A stretch of DNA of 52,257 bases from Anaerolineae bacterium (lineage in GTDB: Bacteria; Chloroflexota; Anaerolineae; B4-G1; DUEL01), in assembly GCA_041082215.1 (NCBI GenBank), contig JBDOIF010000050.1:1-52257 (forward strand), given 5' to 3'. A program made the translations under genes and the position numbers. This document shows positions 1-9,666 of the stretch, piece after piece. How positions within the stretch are numbered: position 1 is the first letter of the stretch; every line of letters begins with the position of its first letter. The notes beneath the pieces were generated by a model. It did not search any database and was not told the origin of the DNA. It saw nothing but the letters and a program-made list of their open reading frames with translations.

Positions 1-2
1 GC

Positions 3-1091
3 TACTCCAGCCCCCAGCGCAAAGCCATAGCGCCAGACGGGGTGGGGGAGATCGCCGTCGGGGTTCTGATAGCGGGGACGGACATCGGTCAGGTTGCCCC
101 AGGGGCCGGGGCCGACGGCGCGGACCAGGCTTCCCTCCGCCACCAGCCAGAGGCGCTGGCGCCGCTGGGCCGCCCCCTCCCACGTCCGCAGCCACCCCGC
201 CACGGCGATCAGCGCGTAGCCTGGGGAGCCGGTCAGCGCGGCGGGGAGTTCCGCCTCGCGCGGGTGGTAGCGGGAGAGAAGCCACACCAGGCCGCCATCG
301 GTCGGGTCGGGCAGGGTCAGGTGCTCCTCCTCCGGCGGCCACCTGAATCCACCATAGCCGACAGTCCTCTCCCCGCCCAGGCCGTCGTCCGCCAGGACCG
401 CCAGCGCCTGCAGGAAGAGGCCCTGCAGAGAGGCGCCGTTGCTTCGCCACTGGACGCCGAACCAGAGGCCGCAGCCGGGGGCGAAGGAGACCCGCCCGGC
501 ATGGTAGATGTTGGAGGCGGAGGTGATGCGGTCCAGCGTCACGCGCGGGAGCTGGTGGGCCTGGAAAACATGGTGGTAGCGCAGGGCGTGCAGGCGCTTC
601 GGGCGAACCCGCATTTCCACCGGAAGTCCCCCCGTTTCCTCCACTGTAAGCCAGAAGGCCCCGCCCTGGAGCGCCACGCCCCGTGTCGGTTCATTCTTTT
701 CCTTCTCCGCAAAGAGCCAGTCGTCCATCCGCTCCCCGTCCACCATTCGCCGGAAGAGCGCCTCGGAGACGAACTTCACCCTTTTCAGGTCCTTGGAGCG
801 CTCGCGGAGCGTCTCCGGGCCGAACCAGCGGTCCAGCGGGACCGGCATCGGGAAGAAGCGGACGCTTCCGGCGAAGGGGAAGGCGGAAGTCAGGAGGAAA
901 GGCGGGTTGCCATCGGCAAAGGGTTCCGCGAGGACTTCCCCACTGCCCGAAAGGCGAAGGGCGGCGTCCACCAGAGCGGCAAAGAGCGTGTCGGAGGGGA
1001 TGTGCTCTGCGCTCTCCTCCAGGTCCACGCCGCGCGCGCCCAGGTGGAAGCCGCCGCGAAAGGTGAGGCGGTAGACGGTCAGTTCGGCCAT
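3..1091 (-). CDS. csm4: Type III-A CRISPR RAMP protein Csm4 (3' end cut by window edge)
   Basis: Not in the ORF track because no stop falls inside the window. Read manually from ATG 1091 (RBS AGGAGG): MAELTVYRLTFRGGFHLGARGVDLEESAEHIPSDTLFAAL..., ending ...HPVWRYGFALGAGV at the edge. H..G, SDTLF.AL and C-terminal HPV.RYG are typical Csm4 motifs, and it lies directly after csm3. Confidence 0.92.
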   Translation of the reverse strand, partial: MAELTVYRLTFRGGFHLGARGVDLEESAEHIPSDTLFAALVDAALRLSGSGEVLAEPFADGNPPFLLTSAFPFAGSVRFFPMPVPLDRWFGPETLRERSKDLKRVKFVSEALFRRMVDGERMDDWLFAEKEKNEPTRGVALQGGAFWLTVEETGGLPVEMRVRPKRLHALRYHHVFQAHQLPRVTLDRITSASNIYHAGRVSFAPGCGLWFGVQWRSNGASLQGLFLQALAVLADDGLGGERTVGYGGFRWPPEEEHLTLPDPTDGGLVWLLSRYHPREAELPAALTGSPGYALIAVAGWLRTWEGAAQRRQRLWLVAEGSLVRAVGPGPWGNLTDVRPRYQNPDGDLPHPVWRYGFALGAGV

Positions 1092-1104
1092 CGTCCGCCT
1101 CCTT

Positions 1105-1926
1105 TCACGCCAGTTCCAGGACGCCCTTCACCTTCCGGAGCAGGTTGTCCAGGTCGTTCACCAGAGCGGGGAGATCCGCGTACGCGCCGATTTCTTGGGG
1201 CGTTTCCAGATACTTTCCACCGGGGCGCACGGAGACTTTAATCTCCTGGAGTTTGACCTTGCCGGAGCCGCGGGAGCCCAGGCCGCCCAGGTAGTCGTCC
1301 TCCAGGAGCTGGAGGCCCTCCACCAGGGTGCGGAGCCGCTCCACGTCCTTCTTCGGGTCGGCGATGGGGGCATTGCCGTCCTTCCCCTCGTAGACGGAGT
1401 AGACCAGTTCGGCGGGGCCGAAGACGGCGCCAGCGGGCACCCGCTCCATCCGGCGGGGGTTGGCGGCGGAGGTGACCCGGTCAATGGAGACCTCGGTCTT
1501 GACCTCTGTGTAGGGGAGGTCGGTGTGGGCCTGCTGGGTCAGGATTTGGTGGCTCTTCTCGGTGAGGTGGACATCCCGCACCACCAGCCGGGTGGGGGTG
1601 GCGAAATCCACCTCGCCGGGGACGCCGAAGACCTGGCAGACATCGCAGGTGGGGTACACCTCCGGCCTGTCGCAGGAATGGATGGCAGTGCCGCCGATGT
1701 TGCGGTTCAGGGGCAAGCCCCGGTACTTCTCAAGCAGGGAGCGGACCTTGCCCTTGAGGGAGGAGCCGGGGATGTAGGGGCGGTTGGTGATGGGGTCGCG
1801 GATAACGACCTTGTCCACCCCGCCGATCTCGATGCCGGTCTCCGAACCACCGATGTGCAGGCCAGTGACGGCCTCAATGTCAAAGGTCAGGAAAACGCGG
1901 CCTTTGAGTTGGATTTTCTTGGACAT
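1105..1926 (-). CDS. csm3: Type III-A CRISPR backbone RAMP Csm3 (Cas7)
   Basis: TGLHIGG, IGGVDK with the catalytic Asp, PYIPGSSLKGKVR, ERVPAG, and G-rich loop LGGLGSRGSG. Confidence 0.96.
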   Translation of the reverse strand: MSKKIQLKGRVFLTFDIEAVTGLHIGGSETGIEIGGVDKVVIRDPITNRPYIPGSSLKGKVRSLLEKYRGLPLNRNIGGTAIHSCDRPEVYPTCDVCQVFGVPGEVDFATPTRLVVRDVHLTEKSHQILTQQAHTDLPYTEVKTEVSIDRVTSAANPRRMERVPAGAVFGPAELVYSVYEGKDGNAPIADPKKDVERLRTLVEGLQLLEDDYLGGLGSRGSGKVKLQEIKVSVRPGGKYLETPQEIGAYADLPALVNDLDNLLRKVKGVLELA

Positions 1927-1973
1927 AGGATACCTCCTGTTCCAGGGAGCAAGTTACAAGTTGCAGGCGTGCG

Positions 1974-2426
1974 CTACTGCCCGCCGTAGGCCTTGTGGTA
2001 GGCCAGGATGGCCTCGAAGAACTCAGCGAAGCGCTGGAAGTTGTCGTCCTGGTTGTTCCCACTCCCAGGCGACTGGTCCTTCGGGCGGGGCTGGGCTTTG
2101 ATGACGTAATCCAGCGCGGGGTCCAGGACAGCGACCAGTTCTTCCACAGCCTTGCCGCGCTCCTTGCGGGCGCGGTAGGCCATCTTGGGCCGAAGGAGGA
2201 CCAGGCGGCGGAAGGCGCGCTGGCGGTTGATGCTCCAGTCGGCCTGAATCTGGCGCACTTCGCCGAAGAGGGCGCGGATCTGGTTGGTGGTGAGGCCCAT
2301 ATCCTTCAGGGACTTTCCCAGCCGGTCGGCCCAATGAACCAGTTTCTCCGCACCGCCCGGGTCGGTGATGATAACTTTCAGATCATCACCGCTCGGGCGC
2401 TGGAAAGTCTGTTGCTGTTGAGCCAT
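1974..2426 (-). CDS. csm2: Type III-A small subunit Csm2 (Cas11)
   Basis: LTTNQIRALF, LRPKMAY and C-terminal FFEAILAYHKAYGG motifs; lies between cas10 and csm3. Confidence 0.95.
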   Translation of the reverse strand: MAQQQQTFQRPSGDDLKVIITDPGGAEKLVHWADRLGKSLKDMGLTTNQIRALFGEVRQIQADWSINRQRAFRRLVLLRPKMAYRARKERGKAVEELVAVLDPALDYVIKAQPRPKDQSPGSGNNQDDNFQRFAEFFEAILAYHKAYGGQ

Positions 2427-2449
2427 GACATACCTCCGTAACAGTTGAT

Positions 2450-2498
2450 ATTTTATATAAAAAAAGGTTTGTAGCAGCCCTCGGTTGCCGCAAAACCT
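2450..2498 (-). promoter_or_regulatory. Imperfect hairpin with U-tract, followed by an AT-rich putative internal promoter, between cas10 and csm2
   Basis: Minus strand reads AGGTTTTGCGGCAACC-GAG-GGCTGCTACAAACCT then TTTTTT. TAAAAT (-10-like) at 2450-2455 has CTGCTA 16 bp upstream. Confidence 0.4.
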
Positions 2499-2534
2499 GA
2501 TATCTCCACACTACAACGATTGACGTCGGGGCGA

Positions 2535-5096
<2,562 letters not shown>

Positions 5097-5109
5097 ACTA
5101 TCCCTCCGT

Positions 5110-5127
5110 CGAACTGCGTAAGTCCTG
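5110..5127 (-). repeat. 18-bp motif CAGGACTTACGCAGTTCG, copy 1 (possible IS/MITE end)
   Basis: Exact reverse-complement match to 43298-43315. Confidence 0.7.
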
Positions 5128-5132
5128 AGGAC

Positions 5133-5179
5133 AAAAAAGGGCGGAGCCGAAAAAAAGCCTCCGGCCTGCCGCCCCGCCC
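5133..5179 (-). terminator. Terminator-like hairpin in the cas10 leader
   Basis: Minus strand GGGCGG(CA)GGCCGGAGG...CGGCTCCGCCC followed by TTTTTT. Confidence 0.6.
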
Positions 5180-5218
5180 GTTCATCTGTTCCCCTCTACA
5201 GTTTCCTGCTCGCCCTCT

Positions 5219-5248
5219 ATTCTACCCTCTCCCCTCCCCTCCCGTCAA
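5219..5248 (-). promoter_or_regulatory. Sigma70-type promoter for the csm operon
   Basis: TTGACG (5243-5248) -N18- TAGAAT (5219-5224) on the minus strand. Confidence 0.75.
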
Positions 5249-5286
5249 TAGAAAATTTCCCTATTTTCTTTCAGAGATTTCTCCGA
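5247..5286. promoter_or_regulatory. Two imperfect palindromes adjoining the -35 box (candidate operators)
   Basis: AATAGAAAATTTCCCTATT (5247-5265, 7 of 9 pairs) and TCAGAGATTTCTCCGA (5271-5286, 6 of 8 pairs). Centres are about 22 bp apart. Confidence 0.5.
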
Positions 5287-5310
5287 TGCCTCCCCTCTCC
5301 CAATAGGATA

Positions 5311-6213
5311 TCATGTACCCGGTGCAATTTCCAGCGGCTCGCGGAAGGCCAGCCAGGGGCCGAAATGCTCCCGCAGCCAGTGATAGGTGATACGAGCATC
5401 TTCCGCCAGACCCCACACCACACGACACTCGGCCAGAATCTGGGTCTTGTGGGCATCCAGGGTCTTGAGGGTGATCCCCAACCGCTCGGCCGCCTCCTGG
5501 GGCATCAGCCCCACCGCCAGCACCTCCAGCACCTCCCGCTGGCGGTCGGTGAGCCGCCCCCAGACCATCGCACAGCGGATTCTTTCATCAGGGTGGAGGA
5601 GAAACGGCAGGCGGCCGTCCGGACGGGCCAGCGCCCGCAACGCCGGGAAGTAGGCCCCCCAGGGGACCAGCGGGACGGGGATCAGAAGCACGCCCGCCTC
5701 CGGCGGCGCATGGAGGATGGCTCCGTCCCGCGCCTGCTCCAGGAACTCAGGAGGCGTGTAGAGGTGCCACAGCCGATCCCGATGGTCGCACTGCAACATC
5801 GCCGCCGTGGTCAGGGTGAGCGCCAGAATGCGCGGCCCGCCAGCTATACAGAGATGAAGCCGACCACGCTCCCGCTTCAACGTCGCCAGCAGGTCCCGCG
5901 CCATCTCCCATACCCCCTCCGCCTCCTCCGCAGTGCGGATGGCGGAAAGCGGACGGCCCTGCACCTGCACGACCAGGCGGTGAAATGCCACGGGCCGACC
6001 GCGATACCGCCCACCCGCAAACTCACGGCTCAACTGGGAGAGGGCACGCTGTACACGCGCATCGTCCGGGGACAGGTGGAGGACGACAACCGTCTCTACG
6101 GCCTCGCCACGCGCCAGCAAACCGTCCAGCGCAAAGGTGACCACCTGGGCCTGACCGCCCATCGTGATCAGAGCGGTGACGCCCTCACGTTCCAGCACTC
6201 CGTTCTCCATCAT
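5311..6213 (-). CDS. CRISPR-associated CARF protein (Csx14/NE0113-like) fused to a C-terminal LuxR/GerE-type HTH
   Basis: N-terminal Rossmann-like ALITMGGQAQVVTFALD and LHLCIAGGPRIL (CARF motif II-like). C-terminal LTDRQREVLEVLAVGLMPQEAAERLGITLKTLDAHKTQI is a LuxR-type HTH. Confidence 0.82.
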   Translation of the reverse strand: MMENGVLEREGVTALITMGGQAQVVTFALDGLLARGEAVETVVVLHLSPDDARVQRALSQLSREFAGGRYRGRPVAFHRLVVQVQGRPLSAIRTAEEAEGVWEMARDLLATLKRERGRLHLCIAGGPRILALTLTTAAMLQCDHRDRLWHLYTPPEFLEQARDGAILHAPPEAGVLLIPVPLVPWGAYFPALRALARPDGRLPFLLHPDERIRCAMVWGRLTDRQREVLEVLAVGLMPQEAAERLGITLKTLDAHKTQILAECRVVWGLAEDARITYHWLREHFGPWLAFREPLEIAPGT

Positions 6214-6228
6214 CGCGCAAGGTAAATA

Positions 6229-6257
6229 AGTATATGAAAAACGGCTCAGAAAGTCAA
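6229..6257 (-). promoter_or_regulatory. Sigma70 promoter for the CARF-LuxR gene, overlapping the start of the divergent gene
   Basis: TTGACT (6252-6257) -N17- TATACT (6229-6234). Predicted leader is only about 9 nt. Confidence 0.75.
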
Positions 6258-7529
6258 ACGCTCTTCAACCCTCTTCCCGCCGTCGCCATCGGCGGGCCGC
6301 CCCACAGCGGTAAGTCGGTGCTGGCCTACAGCCTGACCCAGACGCTGCGCGAAATGGAGGTCCCCCATTACCTGCTCCGCGCCTACCCACCCGACTACGA
6401 AGGGGACTGGTTCCACGAAGGGGACCAGGAGCTGGTGCGCCACCTGCGGATCAAAGGGAGCGCCACCGACGACTGGGTCGCCTCCCTGCGGCGGGATGTG
6501 GCCCGACGCCACCTCCCCCTCCTGGTGGATATGGGCGGCCTGCCCACGCCGGAGCAGGAATCCATCCTGGACTGTTGCACCCACGGGGTGCTCCTCACCC
6601 CCACCGAGACAGCCCGGGAAGAATGGGCGGAGCGGTTCGCCCGCCACGGCCTGGTGCTCCTGGCCGATCTTCGCTCCGATCTTCACGGAGAAAACCGGCT
6701 CGAACGGACAGAGCCGGTCCTCGAAGGGACGCTGAAAGGGCTGGAACGGGGTTCCCGGGCAGATGGCCCTGCCTTCGAGGCCCTCGTCGCCCGGCTGGCC
6801 GATCTTTTCCGCGCCGCCTCCCACGGCCTCCGCCGCCGCCACCTGGAGAGCGCCCCCATCGAGCTGGTGGTGGACCTGGACCGGCTGGCCCGGTCATTGG
6901 GCAGGGACCCTATCCGCTGGCAGCCTGAGGAGCTGCCGACGGTGCTCGATCATCTGCCCCCGGGAGAACCGCTGGCCCTCTACGGACGGGGACCGAACTG
7001 GCTCTACGCTGCCACCGCCGCCCACACGCTGCCAGCCCCCTTCTGGCTCTTCGACGCCCGGCTGGGCTGGGTGGAAGCGCCCGCTATCCGCTGCGGCCCC
7101 TCCCCCGCCCTGAACTCACTCGTCCTGCTTGAAGTCAGCGCACTGGATGCCTGGATGCTGAGCTTCTTCCTCCCCAGCGCCTATCTGGACATCACGGACG
7201 CGGACAGGCTGGCCGTCCCCCCTCCGCTGAAACGGGGCACCATCCTGAGCGGCAAGCTCCCCCTCTGGCTCTGGGCCGCCCTGGCCCGCTCGCTGGAGGC
7301 CCCCTGGGTGGCCGTCACGCAGCCCCAGCTCCCGGGTGCAGTGGTGGTGCGGAGCCCAGGCGGACAGCCAGCCGTGGGCACCGTCATCCCTCTACCGGGC
7401 TTTGCCCACCCTCTTCCCCACACCGCCTCGCCTGCCCCATCCCCACCGTCGTCTGATATCCCACGCCAGCGTAGAAGGCGTAGTCGGCCAGCAGGTGGAT
7501 CAGGCTCAGCCAGTACCGGTCCCGGTTGA
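6234..7529 (+). CDS. P-loop ATPase fused to two Csx3 (Crn3 ring nuclease)-like domains
   Basis: Walker A GPPHSGKS and Walker B-like LLVDMGG. Csx3-like motifs LYGRGPNWLYAATAAH...FDARLG and ILSGKLPLWLWAAL...WVAVTQPQLPGAVVVRS. Confidence 0.82.
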   Translation: MKNGSESQTLFNPLPAVAIGGPPHSGKSVLAYSLTQTLREMEVPHYLLRAYPPDYEGDWFHEGDQELVRHLRIKGSATDDWVASLRRDVARRHLPLLVDMGGLPTPEQESILDCCTHGVLLTPTETAREEWAERFARHGLVLLADLRSDLHGENRLERTEPVLEGTLKGLERGSRADGPAFEALVARLADLFRAASHGLRRRHLESAPIELVVDLDRLARSLGRDPIRWQPEELPTVLDHLPPGEPLALYGRGPNWLYAATAAHTLPAPFWLFDARLGWVEAPAIRCGPSPALNSLVLLEVSALDAWMLSFFLPSAYLDITDADRLAVPPPLKRGTILSGKLPLWLWAALARSLEAPWVAVTQPQLPGAVVVRSPGGQPAVGTVIPLPGFAHPLPHTASPAPSPPSSDIPRQRRRRSRPAGGSGSASTGPG

Positions 7530-8229
7530 GGACCGCGTACCGGCACCGGCCCACAAAGCCGATCTGAACCGACTCCCCTTTCCCCGCAACAGCCTGCGTC
7601 GAAAGCCGGTACCGGCTGATGGCCAGGCACTCTGCGGCAAACCGCCGCACCTCCTCGGAGACGGTAACCGGCGCGAAGCTGTTCCACTTCTCCACCAGGC
7701 TGCTGAAGACCAGATCGGGCAGCGGCACGGGAAGGGTCCGTCCGCCGGACCGGAAGGCGGTGGGGGAGGCAAACTCCAGCTCCACCCGTGAGGCCAGTGG
7801 CCCACCGGGCAGTAAACGCCTGGAGGCCAGCTCCTCGTAAGAGGTCCGCCCCGCCCAGGGATGGTCGGCGGGGTCCAGCGTGGCCTGCCGAACCGCCAGC
7901 GGATTTCCCTCTATCTCGATGTGGTGGGGGGGCCTCTCTGCCATCCGCTCCAGTTGACGGGACATCTCCTCGCTCAGCCCCGTATACCGGAGAAAGGCGG
8001 ATTCGCCCGGCTCCAGCACCAGGCTCTGCCCCCGACGGCGGCCACCCCAGAGGGTTGAACAGGTGAAGGGACGGCGCTCATCGGGGGCGTGAAGCCGCTC
8101 GGCCAGGCCCCGATCCTCCTCGGCGACGAACCGCAGCAGCGCCCCGTGGCTGGCCCGGCCCAGGAAAGGGGGCAGAGATAGAGGTTGCTTCGCCTCCAGT
8201 GTCAGTACCAAGCTAGTGAGTGCAGTCAT
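7384..8229 (-). CDS. cas6: CRISPR endoribonuclease Cas6
   Basis: RPFTCS, FASPTAF, GFVG, and the C-terminal G-loop GVGYQTTVGMG. Confidence 0.95.
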   Translation of the reverse strand: MTALTSLVLTLEAKQPLSLPPFLGRASHGALLRFVAEEDRGLAERLHAPDERRPFTCSTLWGGRRRGQSLVLEPGESAFLRYTGLSEEMSRQLERMAERPPHHIEIEGNPLAVRQATLDPADHPWAGRTSYEELASRRLLPGGPLASRVELEFASPTAFRSGGRTLPVPLPDLVFSSLVEKWNSFAPVTVSEEVRRFAAECLAISRYRLSTQAVAGKGESVQIGFVGRCRYAVLNRDRYWLSLIHLLADYAFYAGVGYQTTVGMGQARRCGEEGGQSPVEG

Positions 8230-8294
8230 ATCCAGCGTTCCTCTGCGTCCTCCGCGCCTTCGTGGTTTTTTTCACCACCAGTGCGTAACCCCTG

Positions 8295-9638
8295 TCAGAA
8301 AACCAGCACAAAGGCCAGGTCGTTGACGTTGGTGCCGGTGGGACCGGTCAGGATGAGGTCGCCCAGGGCGGCGAAGAGGGGATAGGCATCGTTGCGGGCC
8401 AGGTGGGCGAGGGGGTCCAGCCCCAGGGCGCGGGCGCGGGACGCCGTCTCCCCGGTGGCGATGGCCCCGGCGGCGTCGGTGGGGCCGTCGGTGCCGTCGG
8501 TGGCCAGGGCCACCACCATCACATCCTCCCACCCCTCCAGCGCCAGCGCCGCCCCCAGCGCCACCTCCTGGTTACGGCCGCCCTTCCCCTCGCCGACCAC
8601 CGTCACCGTCGTCTCCCCCCCCACCACCAGGCATGCAGGACGGGGGAGCGGGGAGCCGTACCGGGCCTCCTCCTTCGCCAGCCCCGCCAGCACCCGCCCC
8701 ACCTCCCGCGCTTCCCCCTCGACGTAGGTGCTCAGCACCATCCCGTTGAGCCCCAGAGCCCCGGCCCGCCGAACCGCCGCCTCCGCTGCCGTCCGGTTAT
8801 CGCCCACGATCACATGGTGCACTCGCTCGAACAGAGAGTCGCCCGGCTTGGGGGTCTCCTCCAACTCCCCCCGCAGCCCCCGCCTCAGATGCTCCACCAC
8901 CGGGACGGGGGCGGACGCCGTCAACCCGTACCGCTCCAGCACCCCCCACGCATCGGCATAGGTGGAGGGGTCCGGCGCGCAGGGACCGGAGCCGATGACA
9001 TCCAGGGGATTGCCGACCACGTCGGAGAGGACCAGGACGGCGGCCTGCGCCCCCCGCCGGACGATCCGCCGGGCCAGCCGCCCTCCCTTGATCCGGGAAA
9101 GGTGCTTGCGGACGGTGTTCAACTCCCGGATGGTTGCCCCGCTGCGGAGCAGCCCGTCGGTCAGCCGCTTCAGGTCTTCCAGCGACACCCCCTCTACCGG
9201 CAGCTCCAGCAGCGCCGACGCCCCACCGGAGATGAGCACCAGCGCCAGGTCCCCCTCCCCCAGCCCATCCACCAGCTCCAGGATGCGGCAGGCCCCCTCC
9301 ACCCCGGCCGCATCCGGGATGGGGTGGCCGGCGGGGTGGATGTGGACCCGCAGGAACGCACCGGGCCGACCCCCTGCGGGCTCGTATCCGTACCGCACGT
9401 TCACCCAGCCAGCGGCGATCCGGTCCCCCAGGATGGCCTCCGCCGCGGCCGCCATCCCTGCTCCGGCCTTCCCCGCCCCTACCACCACCACCCGACGGCC
9501 AGCAGGGAGGTCATAGGACCGGTCGCCCACGCGGAGCCGGTCCCCCTCCCACCGGAGATAACGGGCTACAGCCCGGGCTGGGTTCACCGCCCCCAGCGCC
9601 GCCCAGACCAGCTCCATCGCCAGCTCCCGGCCGTCCAT
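8295..9638 (-). CDS. Glycerate kinase type 2 (DUF4147/MOFRL family)
   Basis: GAGKA, GHPIPD, SGGASAL, RKHLSRIKGG, GGETTV, GGRNQE, TDGTDG and TGTNVND motifs. Confidence 0.95.
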   Translation of the reverse strand: MDGRELAMELVWAALGAVNPARAVARYLRWEGDRLRVGDRSYDLPAGRRVVVVGAGKAGAGMAAAAEAILGDRIAAGWVNVRYGYEPAGGRPGAFLRVHIHPAGHPIPDAAGVEGACRILELVDGLGEGDLALVLISGGASALLELPVEGVSLEDLKRLTDGLLRSGATIRELNTVRKHLSRIKGGRLARRIVRRGAQAAVLVLSDVVGNPLDVIGSGPCAPDPSTYADAWGVLERYGLTASAPVPVVEHLRRGLRGELEETPKPGDSLFERVHHVIVGDNRTAAEAAVRRAGALGLNGMVLSTYVEGEAREVGRVLAGLAKEEARYGSPLPRPACLVVGGETTVTVVGEGKGGRNQEVALGAALALEGWEDVMVVALATDGTDGPTDAAGAIATGETASRARALGLDPLAHLARNDAYPLFAALGDLILTGPTGTNVNDLAFVLVF

Positions 9639-9666
9639 CCTCTACCCCCAGCGGCTCCCTGCGTCC

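Noticed and set aside
5097..5310. Possible CRISPR array or leader upstream of cas10
   Set aside because: No 28-40 bp direct repeats with spacers found here or anywhere else in the window.
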